Positions 1 to 8,647 of a stretch of 25,358 nt of DNA are shown one piece after another. The number at the start of each line of letters is the position of its first letter. Positions within the stretch are counted from its first letter, which is position 1. Below the pieces are notes generated by a model. That model saw only the letters and a list, made by a program, of their open reading frames with translations, had not been told where the DNA came from and made no database searches. The stretch spans positions 1 to 25,358 of the forward strand of contig JAZGFI010000201.1 in NCBI GenBank assembly GCA_036479435.1, read 5' to 3'. The position numbers and the translations under genes are program-made. The DNA comes from Planctomycetota bacterium (lineage in GTDB: Bacteria > Planctomycetota > GCA-002687715 > DRQF01).

Positions 1-125
1 CGGAACCCAAATCGGTGGTCCGGAAGAACAAGGGCTTGGAATCGCGTCGATGTGGTCAGACTGAACCCGAGACCAGGTGTGGCGTAACTAATTTGAAATT
101 GGGACAACTATCTTGACATCCATCG
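1..125 (+). mobile_element. Right end of an IS3-family-like insertion sequence (transposase C-terminus plus putative terminal IR)
   Basis: Frame +1, 1-87, reads RNPNRWSGRTRAWNRVDVVRLNPRPGVA*. This resembles the P-x-RWSG-x-TR-x-W...V-x-LNP tail I recognise from a group of IS3-family transposases. GACAACTATCTTGACA (103-118) looks like an IS end (terminal CA). Exact boundary uncertain (118-125). Confidence 0.7.
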
Positions 126-177
126 CCTCGCAGACTTCACTCTCAGTGTCCAGGGCGAGAAACCTGAAGGGGTCATC

Positions 178-1578
178 TTGGATGCCCTCAGAGCCATTGA
201 AGGCCTTGAGGACAAGCTGGCGTCCGTCAAACCCGGCGACAAAAACGGTGCCAACCGAGTCGCCCGCCCTCTCAAGATCGTCCTCCTGAAAATCAAAAGC
301 GCCAGAAAGACCGGCCATCCAAAGTACAAAGAAGCCGTCAAACGTTACAACGCGCTCATCGCGGGCATCAAAGCCAAGGCAGCTGGCGGCCCGATGCCGA
401 ACTCTGGTCTGTTGGGACTAAGGTCCGACGTCTCTGACGCTTTCAGAAGAATGGGTAAGTCCTCGATCTCGACGATGGGTGATCCGAAGGTGGTCCAAGG
501 TTGGCGTGATCTCACCGCCAGTTTCAGAAAGCGCCTCGCGGCGATGCCGGACAAAACCTCGACGCAGTGGGCCAAAGTCGAGAGTGAAATCGGTCAGATC
601 GAAGGAACGCTTGCCAACGGGATCGCCGCCTTCAAAAAGAGCAAGGCCAAAGCCGCGGGTGAATCCGAGGTCGCCAAGGTCTTAGACCCGATTGGCGACA
701 AGTACCGAAGCAACCGCGTCCCGCGCGACCTTTACTACCCCTTCGATCTTGAGACCGCGAAGTCTTGGGCTGAAGCCGTCGGCGGTATGTTGAACGGCGG
801 CATCGATGCCGATCTCAAAAGTATTACCGCCATCGCCAAGCACCCAAACGCCGACCCCAAAAAGGTCCAAAGCCTCAGTCGCTGGCTTGGCATCGACATC
901 AAACGATCGCTCAACGAGAAGGTCAAAAAGGCGAGCGAACTGGTCGACAGCTACGTTAAAAACGGGCTCGACACCGCTAAGTTCGTCATGGATACCGACG
1001 TCAACAACGACCATCACGTCAGAAACCGTCTGCTCGGCGAAGGCAGCCTTGACCGTCTCACGAAGCGCCTCAAGACCGGGCTCGACTCGGTCGCGGCCGC
1101 GCGCGCTTTTGATGCGGGCCTGGGGCGTAAAGGCGGCCCCAACCGCGACAACGAGCAAAAGACCATCGAAAGGGCCATAAAGCAAATGGAAGTTCTGGCC
1201 GAAAAAGCCGTCGGCTCAGTGCGAATGCCCAAGGCTCAGTCTGACGACAAAAAACTCCTCGCGGCGGCGGCAAAAGTGCTCGATGAAAATGGGCACAAAG
1301 CCCGCGAGCGGATGGTCATCAACTTCAAGTTGAAGTCGCATGACCAGTGGCGAAGCCACTCCAGGCTCTCCGGTTCTTCGATCAACACGACGACGACCCG
1401 CTACGTCTGGGATGAGTTCCAAACCACGACGGCGGAAAAAGAAAAAGACGGCTACTGGCTCTACGCCAACCGTTTCCGTTTCTATAAAAAGGGCGGCACC
1501 ACGACACGCATCGATGTTTGGTATCTGTCGGAGCGCTTTAAGACCACGCGCATCCTCGAAGAAAACATCAAAAAGTAG
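178..1578 (+). CDS. Hypothetical Lys/Ala-rich protein, probably 5'-truncated by the IS
   Basis: 466-aa ORF followed by a terminator. Frame is open from 97, so the TTG start at 178 is doubtful. No family recognised. Confidence 0.75.
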   Translation: MDALRAIEGLEDKLASVKPGDKNGANRVARPLKIVLLKIKSARKTGHPKYKEAVKRYNALIAGIKAKAAGGPMPNSGLLGLRSDVSDAFRRMGKSSISTMGDPKVVQGWRDLTASFRKRLAAMPDKTSTQWAKVESEIGQIEGTLANGIAAFKKSKAKAAGESEVAKVLDPIGDKYRSNRVPRDLYYPFDLETAKSWAEAVGGMLNGGIDADLKSITAIAKHPNADPKKVQSLSRWLGIDIKRSLNEKVKKASELVDSYVKNGLDTAKFVMDTDVNNDHHVRNRLLGEGSLDRLTKRLKTGLDSVAAARAFDAGLGRKGGPNRDNEQKTIERAIKQMEVLAEKAVGSVRMPKAQSDDKKLLAAAAKVLDENGHKARERMVINFKLKSHDQWRSHSRLSGSSINTTTTRYVWDEFQTTTAEKEKDGYWLYANRFRFYKKGGTTTRIDVWYLSERFKTTRILEENIKK

Positions 1579-1595
1579 TCTTCGATCGCTCCATC

Positions 1596-1640
1596 AAAAG
1601 AGCCCCCGTGTTGCCTGGCAACACGGGGGCTCTTTTTCTT
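1596..1640. terminator. Bidirectional intrinsic terminator
   Basis: Perfect 20-bp inverted repeat AAAAGAGCCCCCGTGTTGCC (1596-1615) / GGCAACACGGGGGCTCTTTT (1617-1636), with A and T tracts, between convergent genes. Confidence 0.9.
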
Positions 1641-1660
1641 CGTCCGATCTTCGCGCAGGC

Positions 1661-2041
1661 TTACGAGCCGAGCGCCGACGTGATCTTTCCGATGATTGTC
1701 TGCAAGTCGGGGATCGCCGACTTGAGTTTGTCACCGATGGCGCTCATCACGCCTTCGCCGGAGGTGAGCTGCTTCATCAAGCCCTGGATATCGCCGAATT
1801 TCGACTGGGCTTGATCGGCGAGACCGGTGAGTTCCGCCCCACCCTTTTCTTTGGCCTTGCCGATCAAATCGTTGACGTTGAGTTTGTCAAGCGTGCTTTG
1901 GAATCCCTTGCCCATCTTGTCACGGGCTGCCTGCTCAACTTCCTTCTTCTTAGCTTCGATGTCTTCGGCGCTGCAAGCAACAAAGGCCGTCATGAGGGCG
2001 AGCATCAAGGTTGCAAACAACACGAGTTTCGAACTGATCAT
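1661..2041 (-). CDS. Small helical lipoprotein, hypothetical
   Basis: Signal peptide ending in lipobox-like FVAC. AGGAG RBS upstream. 126 aa. Confidence 0.8.
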   Translation of the reverse strand: MISSKLVLFATLMLALMTAFVACSAEDIEAKKKEVEQAARDKMGKGFQSTLDKLNVNDLIGKAKEKGGAELTGLADQAQSKFGDIQGLMKQLTSGEGVMSAIGDKLKSAIPDLQTIIGKITSALGS

Positions 2042-2156
2042 TTCTCACTTCTCCTGAATCTGTCATGCGGGGGGAATCGCGAGATGTCGGCCGCTGCCGA
2101 GATTTCGCGCCCTCGCAGCCTGTTCGATCACGGCCAAAAGATCAACCGGCCATCGC

Positions 2157-4112
2157 CTAGTCATGATCGGGTTTTCCCGCAGAGACGACATGAAAAGCAA
2201 TGAATAAGAGAATTCCCGCCAGTCCGACCATGGCCAAGCCGTTGCCCACCGCATCGGAAAGCCCAAGATCGAGGCCTGAGATGCGCCCTCCCCCCCGCAG
2301 AACCACCCACAGAGCCAAGATAACGCCGGTCAGCCCCGCTCCGCCGACGAGGCCAGAACCAAAGAGGACGCCTCGTTCACGGCGACGCTCACCTTCTGCG
2401 GCGTCTTTTCCTCGGCCCAACCACCATCTCAGCAACCCGCCCAAAAACACGGGAGCCATCGTCGACAAAGGCAAGTAGACACCCACCGCAAAAGCCAAAA
2501 CCGGCAACTTGGCCGCCCTCACCACGAGGGCGATGCCCACGCCGATAAAGATCAGAGCCCAAGGCAAATTTTGCTCGAGGACCCCCGTAATGACCAAGTT
2601 CATCAGCACGCCCTGGGGTGCCGGCAACTCAGGTCCTCCAAAGCCTCCCTCGGCGCTTCCATCCAGTAAGATGAGAGTCCAGCAGACCACACCAGCCGAT
2701 GTAATCACTCCAAGGAGTTCACCGATCTGTTGTCGCCTTGGCGTCGCACCCAAGATGAAGCCGGTTTTCAGATCCTGTGAAGTGTCGCCCGAAATACTCG
2801 CCGCGATGCAAACCACCGTCCCAACCATGAGTGCGGTGGCCTTGCCGGCCTGGTCCGTCCAACCCAGCAAGTAGAAGATGAAGCTCGTGCCGAGGAGCGT
2901 TGCGATCGTCATCCCAGAAGTCGGATTCGAAGTGACGCCGACCATGCCCACGATCCGCGAAGCCACGGTGACGAAGAAAAAGGCGAACACCGCCGCGAGG
3001 ACAGCAGCGAGCCCGCGACCCGCGAGACTGTCGATCGCGCCGAGTACCCCCGGTACAAAAGCCAAGACCAGCACAATGCCAGCCATGAAAATCAGGACCG
3101 TCTTGAAGGAAAGATCACGGTCGCCACGCTCGATGTTCTCATCCTGACCCTTACCCATTTGGCGAAAGCCCAGCTTGAACGACTCAAGCATGGTTGGGAT
3201 GGACTCAATAAGGGTGATAATACCCGCCGTCGCCACCGCCCCGGCGCCGATGTAGCGCACGTAGCGATTCCAAATCTCACTCGCCGACATGTCGCGAATG
3301 AGTAATTCGGTCTCCGGGTAAAAGGGCTCGCCAAACTCCCGCCCCCAGTACGCGATGGCAGGGATGATCGCAAAGGCCGAAAGAGCGGCACCGCCGACCA
3401 TCACACTCGCAACCCGGGGGCCGAGGATATAGCCGACGCCAATGAGAGCTGGAGACAAACCACAACTCAGCTCGGCCCTGCCGCCGAGACCAAGTTTGAA
3501 ACTGCCGGGGATCAACTTGAGGCCGTCCGTGATCAACTTGACCAAGACCCCGAAACCAAAACCCGCGAACACCGAACTCGCCTGTTTGTGGCCGCTGTCT
3601 GCCGCGACCAAGACTTCGGCACAAGCCATGCCTTCGGGATACGGCAGCTTGCCGTGTTGATCCTTGATGAGGTAGCGGCGCAAGGGGACCATGCAAAGCA
3701 CACCAATAAGGCCGCCCGACATCGCGAGCAGGGTGAGCTGCCGCCAGGCGGGCTCCATGCCCCAGATGAACAAAGCCGGAATCGTGAACAACACGCCAGA
3801 GGCGACCGACGAACTCGCGGAGCCGATCGTCTGCGACATGTTCGCTTCCAGGATACTGCCGCCCTTGCCCACGCCACTTAGGATGCGAAAGACCACCAAA
3901 GTCAACACGGCCACCGGGATCGACGTGCTGATGGTCAATCCAGATTTCAAGCCGAGGTAGGTGTTGGCCGCGCCAAAGACAATGCCCAGCGCGATACCCG
4001 TCACAACCGCTTTGAGCGTGAACTCCGGCAGGCTCTTTCCCGCCGTATAGGATTGATACGCCTCGCCCTCGATGGGCTTGTAGGCGGACGGCGGCAGACC
4101 TTTTTTGTCCAT
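2157..4112 (-). CDS. OPT-family (OPT/YSL) oligopeptide transporter
   Basis: Polytopic membrane protein with motifs YLGLKSGLTISTSIP, LPYPEGMACAEVL, SNPTSGMTIATL, SQDLKTGFILGATPRRQQ and LPAPQG. ATG at 4112 chosen because a GAGGG RBS precedes it. Confidence 0.92.
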   Translation of the reverse strand: MDKKGLPPSAYKPIEGEAYQSYTAGKSLPEFTLKAVVTGIALGIVFGAANTYLGLKSGLTISTSIPVAVLTLVVFRILSGVGKGGSILEANMSQTIGSASSSVASGVLFTIPALFIWGMEPAWRQLTLLAMSGGLIGVLCMVPLRRYLIKDQHGKLPYPEGMACAEVLVAADSGHKQASSVFAGFGFGVLVKLITDGLKLIPGSFKLGLGGRAELSCGLSPALIGVGYILGPRVASVMVGGAALSAFAIIPAIAYWGREFGEPFYPETELLIRDMSASEIWNRYVRYIGAGAVATAGIITLIESIPTMLESFKLGFRQMGKGQDENIERGDRDLSFKTVLIFMAGIVLVLAFVPGVLGAIDSLAGRGLAAVLAAVFAFFFVTVASRIVGMVGVTSNPTSGMTIATLLGTSFIFYLLGWTDQAGKATALMVGTVVCIAASISGDTSQDLKTGFILGATPRRQQIGELLGVITSAGVVCWTLILLDGSAEGGFGGPELPAPQGVLMNLVITGVLEQNLPWALIFIGVGIALVVRAAKLPVLAFAVGVYLPLSTMAPVFLGGLLRWWLGRGKDAAEGERRRERGVLFGSGLVGGAGLTGVILALWVVLRGGGRISGLDLGLSDAVGNGLAMVGLAGILLFIAFHVVSAGKPDHD

Positions 4113-4168
4113 GTCTTCATTTCCCTCGCGGCCCACACGGGCCGGGTGGATCTTACCCCAGGAGAAAG

Positions 4169-4212
4169 GAAAGGGTGGTGACTTTGGTCTGACCCAAATG
4201 GACAGGGTTTGC
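4169..4212 (+). repeat. Degenerate ~44-bp intergenic repeat, copy A (copy B at 21049-21091, opposite strand)
   Basis: GAAAGGGTGGTGA-n5-GTCTG-n12-AGGGTTTGC aligns by eye with the reverse complement of 21049-21091. Confidence 0.45.
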
Positions 4213-4255
4213 TGGGTTGGGGTTTCGGTTCGGACTAGAACGGCGGGGCCGAGAC

Positions 4256-4353
4256 TAAGACAAGAACGCTGGGGCTTCGGTTAGGACAAGAACGCTGGGG
4301 CTTCGGTTAAGACAAGAACGCTGGGGCTTCGGTTAGGCCAAGAACGCTGGGGC
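4256..4353. repeat. 26-bp tandem repeat, about 3.8 copies
   Basis: TA(A/G)GACAAGAACGCTGGGGCTTCGGT at 4256, 4282 and 4308, plus a partial copy at 4334 overlapping the DUF1501 gene end. No spacers. Confidence 0.95.
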
Positions 4354-5541
4354 GTTCTTGGGCCCGAAGGTGGGTTCGAGGGGGAGGTTTAGCCAGGACT
4401 TGCCGATGCTTCCCCAGACCGATCGGAAGTCGACGCGGGCTTTGAGGTCGCCGGCGGCGAGGTCTTCTAAGTTGATCGGCCCGCCGAACACGCCGGCCTT
4501 TGCTTTTCCGCCGGCGATGATCATGGGACCGGCGGCGCCGTGGTCCGTACCCGAGCTAGCGTTCTCGCGCACCCTTCTTCCGAACTCGCTAAAGGCCACG
4601 GTCATAACCCGATCGTCCAAAGACGCGCTGGCGATCTCGTCCATGAAAGCCTGAAGGGCCGAAGCGAAGATCCCCAACAAAGGCGGGTGGGTTTGGTCTT
4701 GGAGGGCATGGGTATCGAAGCCTGAGAGACGAACATGATAAATCGCGTGATCGAAACCACTGCGTATGAGGGCTGCAACGAGCCTCAGCTCTCGCCCTAG
4801 AGTCGTCTGCGGATACTTATCGCGGCTCGCCTTTAGTCGTTCTTTAGTTTGCTCAAGCCGCTCGCCCATATCCAAGGCGCCGCGGGCGGCTTTTTGGATG
4901 AAGTCCAGATCTTTGGACCCCGATGCTCGACCGCCCAGTTGCTTTTCAACGGCCAGCTTTTGTTTCTTGCCGCCTTTGGCCGCGAGGTCTTCCAGCTTGG
5001 ATAAGGCGGTCACCGACTGCGGTGCTCCCGCGAAAGCCAAGGGCACCGAGCCGCTTCCCAGCGAGAACAACTCAAAAGCCTTGGCGGTCTCAGTTTTCAG
5101 TTTCGCCTGCCGGGCCAAGGCCCGCCCCAGCCAGCCGGTTTGGGTCTCAACGCGATCGGGGATACCGCTGTGCCAAATGTCCATGGATCGAAAATGCGAG
5201 CGATTCGGCGAGGGGTAGCCGACGTTGTTGACGACGGCGATACCGCCTTTTTCGAAAGCCTTGGACAAGGGATTCAATCGCGGGTGCCAACCTAAGTCAT
5301 CATTCACGCGAAACAGGTCTTTGCGGGGCAAGGCCAGCTTGGGACGGTAGCGCGCGTACAAGGGATCATGAAGGGGAATGATGGTGTTGAGCCCGTCATT
5401 GCCGCCGTTCAGCTCCAACAGGACCAGGGTTCTCGGCGCTTTGGCATCTACTGCGGCGAACGAGGTCCAATCCAAAGTCGGCAAGGCTGGTACCAGCAAA
5501 GAAGAGGCGCCCAGGGTAGTCAGGAATTTCCTGCGTTTCAC
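4333..5541 (-). CDS. DUF1501 domain protein with Tat signal
   Basis: MKRRKFL twin-arginine signal. Motifs LxGGNDGLNT, VGYPSPNRSHFRSMDIW, GFDTH and FSEFGRRVRENASSGTDHG. GTG start with AGGAG RBS. Confidence 0.9.
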   Translation of the reverse strand: MKRRKFLTTLGASSLLVPALPTLDWTSFAAVDAKAPRTLVLLELNGGNDGLNTIIPLHDPLYARYRPKLALPRKDLFRVNDDLGWHPRLNPLSKAFEKGGIAVVNNVGYPSPNRSHFRSMDIWHSGIPDRVETQTGWLGRALARQAKLKTETAKAFELFSLGSGSVPLAFAGAPQSVTALSKLEDLAAKGGKKQKLAVEKQLGGRASGSKDLDFIQKAARGALDMGERLEQTKERLKASRDKYPQTTLGRELRLVAALIRSGFDHAIYHVRLSGFDTHALQDQTHPPLLGIFASALQAFMDEIASASLDDRVMTVAFSEFGRRVRENASSGTDHGAAGPMIIAGGKAKAGVFGGPINLEDLAAGDLKARVDFRSVWGSIGKSWLNLPLEPTFGPKNAPAFLA

Positions 5542-5550
5542 AGCGCTCTC

Positions 5551-6861
5551 CTAGAAAAGATGGACTTGGGACATGAACAAGCACTCGCCTACGAGGCGCG
5601 TGGAGCCCTCGCCTATCAGACGCGGGGCCTTTTCGGGTTTCGTGTCGATGGCCGCCTGGCCGCCAGTCAAGATTGCAGAAACCCAAGGCTTCAGCGCGCT
5701 CGTTTCCTCACGCGACCGGGCCTTCAGAGAATCTGCCTCGCCCTCAATAAGAGCTTGGCCAAAGTTTTGGCGAGCGACGAGAGCGGAGGAATTGATCCAG
5801 CTCCTCCCCCCCTTCCATCCTTCAACCGACGGTGGATTAAACAGATCCTGGCCCATCATGCGGCAATGCTTGGCCAACTCGATAGCGTTGACGTTAGCGT
5901 TCAAGGTACGCAGAACAGCTACCACAAGCTGCACCGGCGATCGAAACAAGACAGCGCGCGACGCCGGCTCAAAGAAGATGCGACTGCCCAAAATCCGTTT
6001 CAAAAAAGGACCCGTGCACCGTTCGCAGTCTGCAAATAGTTGCCCCAAGGCCGCAGCCAGAGTCTCGTCGATATCGGGTCTTACAAACCAGCGAAATAGT
6101 TTGGTGGCCACGAATCGATCCGAGGCCCCACTTTCGGCTATGGCCGCCAGGACGTCGCCACCGTCAAGTTTGCCCATTCGGTCCAAAACGAATTTCGGAT
6201 TCTCATCGTGCTGAGTCGCTTCGAAATGGAAGCGACGTGCCTTAACGCCCCAACCGGTAAACGCTCGCGCCGATTCTTTGACATCGCGTTCATCGAAGTT
6301 CCCGAGGCCCAGACTGAAAAGCTCAAACAGCTCGCGCGCGAAATTCTCGTTGGGGCTCACTTTGGTGTTCGAATCGTTGTCGAGCCAAGTCAGCATCGCC
6401 GGATCGCGAGCGATCTTTTCCAACAATTCGTCGAAAGGCCCGGCGGCGCCAAGGCGAAAGATCTCGTTTTGGATCTGCATCGCCACGGTGTCTTTGACTT
6501 TGAAATTAGAGGTCGCGAAATGGTCGTGCCAAAACAGAGCCAAGTGTTCGCGGAGCGGGCGGCGAGCGCTCAAAAACCGTTGCAACCACTGCGCTTGCAG
6601 TAACGACAACTCCTGCCTGCGGCCAATGCGACTCCCCAGCCTTAGGTGGCGACGATAAAGGGCGGATTCCTTGGCATCATCGAAAGCCAAGATGTTGTCG
6701 AGAGCTTGCGAAAGTCCCAGCGCTTCGATCTTCGCCGCACGGGCGGCGGTGGCCCCCAGTTCCGTACGGCCGAGCAGGTGCGCGACTTCGGCGCGACCAA
6801 AAGCGCCGTCTTGGCCGGGACGGTAAGGCTTAAGTCTGTGATCGTTGCTCGTGAACAGCAT
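5551..6861 (-). CDS. DUF1800 domain protein
   Basis: LREHLALFWHDHFATS, DPAMLTWLDN, PNENFARELFELFSLG, ARAFTGW and PPSVEGW motifs. ATG at 6861 lies just after the upstream stop. Adjacent to DUF1501, the usual pairing. Confidence 0.9.
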   Translation of the reverse strand: MLFTSNDHRLKPYRPGQDGAFGRAEVAHLLGRTELGATAARAAKIEALGLSQALDNILAFDDAKESALYRRHLRLGSRIGRRQELSLLQAQWLQRFLSARRPLREHLALFWHDHFATSNFKVKDTVAMQIQNEIFRLGAAGPFDELLEKIARDPAMLTWLDNDSNTKVSPNENFARELFELFSLGLGNFDERDVKESARAFTGWGVKARRFHFEATQHDENPKFVLDRMGKLDGGDVLAAIAESGASDRFVATKLFRWFVRPDIDETLAAALGQLFADCERCTGPFLKRILGSRIFFEPASRAVLFRSPVQLVVAVLRTLNANVNAIELAKHCRMMGQDLFNPPSVEGWKGGRSWINSSALVARQNFGQALIEGEADSLKARSREETSALKPWVSAILTGGQAAIDTKPEKAPRLIGEGSTRLVGECLFMSQVHLF

Positions 6862-6865
6862 GGAT

Positions 6866-8539
6866 TCACCGCGCTTGCCTTTCGCGCTGGTCTGCCTTCG
6901 CAGCCGATTTGAAGGCAGCTTTCTCGAAAGCCTTCGCTCCCACCACCAGCCGCCAGCGCGCGCCATCATCCGTTTGCTGACGCCGCAAAACTAGATCGCC
7001 AAACTCTCGTACTATTCCGAGGAGACCTTTGATGTTTGACTCCGCCTCTTCGTCGCTTGCCGCGCCCTCGAGCAACTGCTGATCGACAAGGGCCTCGTGA
7101 TTGAGGTTCAAGATCGCATCCAAGCGCTTGCCGCGGATCATCATTAGATCACCGGTCTCCGAGCGCTGACGGGTCTTTTTCAGACGCACGACGAGGCGCT
7201 CAGTAAGCTCGACCGAGGTCGCCACAATCAACCTCGATCCGACGAACGCCATCGCCGGCACAATGTTGTAGGAGACACCGGACCGACCATCGCGCGGATC
7301 ATCCAAAAAGCGCGCGGCGAGGATCTGTGTGCCCTGAACATCCTTGCTGAACTGCAGCATGGGTTGCCGACCTTCTTCCGCGGCGCCGGCATTGACGATG
7401 CCGATGGCCGTCTGGAAAGCCACGCGAAAACGATCGCGAACTTTGTCGTCAAACTTGGTGTCAAAAACGAGGGCGAAACCAGGTAGCTTGATGTCAGGCC
7501 GAGCGCTGGGCCCGGACTGGCAGTCCTCAATGATGAGTTCCAATCCCGGCTTCGTTGCCGCCAAGACGTCGGCAAAAGGAAAGCCCGAGAAAAAGACGTT
7601 CATGCCCTGAGTGAACTCGGCGAGTTCCTGGGTTCCCGCCTCCGGAACGAGTTCATGACGCCGGCGCCAAAAGGCATCGAAGTCGCGGTCAATGCGGATC
7701 GCAGCCAAGGTATCGGGGCCGATGGGCATCGCGAGGTGTCGCCGCTGCGAGCTGGACCAATCGTCGAGCTTGGAGGCGTCGTGCCGGGTCTCAAGCGTCA
7801 AATCCGGCAGCGGAATAAGGCGGCCGTGTAAGGTCGCGAACTCTGCCGCCTTCAATTCCTTCACGACACCTGCCAACATCATCGTCGCCAAGAAATTAGG
7901 CGGTGCTTCGAACTTCTCGAGCTTTGCAAGCACCCGCCCAAGTCGGCCCATCGCAACGATCTGATCTTTATTGGCGCGAGCCGCCAGTTGTTTCCAGTCC
8001 TCGCGATCGGCGATGGTCGCCCCGGTTTTGCGACGCAGTGCTCGCCGTAGTAGGAAGCGATCGCTCGACCACAGCAAAGTGGCCTCACAACGTGCCAAGA
8101 ACCCGAGATTTTCGACGGCGACAAGCCGCGCCTCCCGATACTCCTCGATGTCACCAGTTTTGAGGTCCGGGTCGATCTGCTGCACCCGCTTGATGAAGTC
8201 CTCAAGGGAATGCCCATCGGGGTTTTCGAGCACGGCTAGAAACTTGAAGGTCTTGCGCGAGCGAATGCCGAGCCCCAGGCGTCCGGATAAGTAGGGCCTC
8301 AACGGCGCCATCACTTTTCTTAGTTTCGCCAAGCCATCATCGCGAGAGAGTTTGCCGTCTTCCGCCAAGTCCAAGGCGCGGTAGATCGGAGATTCCAGGA
8401 GTTGATCGTAGAGCGCTTGGGGATTGCGGACTTCCAGGTAAAAGTCGACGTCAGCGGGTACCATCTCGGCCGGGGCCTGGCCCCAAACCGTGGCCGCAGC
8501 ACTTGCGAGGATTAGATAGGTGATCAGGCGACTTAGCAT
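6866..8539 (-). CDS. Secreted hypothetical protein (possibly DUF3352-like), first gene of the DUF1800/DUF1501 operon
   Basis: ATG at 8539 with GGAG RBS. Signal peptide MLSRLITYLILASAAATVWG, then APAEMVPADVDFYLEV. Confidence 0.75.
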   Translation of the reverse strand: MLSRLITYLILASAAATVWGQAPAEMVPADVDFYLEVRNPQALYDQLLESPIYRALDLAEDGKLSRDDGLAKLRKVMAPLRPYLSGRLGLGIRSRKTFKFLAVLENPDGHSLEDFIKRVQQIDPDLKTGDIEEYREARLVAVENLGFLARCEATLLWSSDRFLLRRALRRKTGATIADREDWKQLAARANKDQIVAMGRLGRVLAKLEKFEAPPNFLATMMLAGVVKELKAAEFATLHGRLIPLPDLTLETRHDASKLDDWSSSQRRHLAMPIGPDTLAAIRIDRDFDAFWRRRHELVPEAGTQELAEFTQGMNVFFSGFPFADVLAATKPGLELIIEDCQSGPSARPDIKLPGFALVFDTKFDDKVRDRFRVAFQTAIGIVNAGAAEEGRQPMLQFSKDVQGTQILAARFLDDPRDGRSGVSYNIVPAMAFVGSRLIVATSVELTERLVVRLKKTRQRSETGDLMMIRGKRLDAILNLNHEALVDQQLLEGAASDEEAESNIKGLLGIVREFGDLVLRRQQTDDGARWRLVVGAKAFEKAAFKSAAKADQRERQAR

Positions 8540-8647
8540 CAGAGCTCTCCACAGCGGGATTGAAACAGATCCTCGGATTGCAAAGCGGTTTATTTTGAGA
8601 TTCCAAGATCGAGCCATGGTGGCGTGCTTTTCGCAAAGGGGCGGCCG

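Noticed and set aside
1340..2203. 287-aa plus-strand ORF
   Set aside because: Overlaps better-supported genes and crosses a strong terminator. Shadow ORF.
4256..4353. CRISPR array
   Set aside because: Units are head-to-tail with no unique spacers, derive from a gene end, and no cas genes are present.
5368..6214. 223-aa and 213-aa plus-strand ORFs
   Set aside because: Antisense shadows of DUF1800/DUF1501 in GC-rich DNA, with no motifs.
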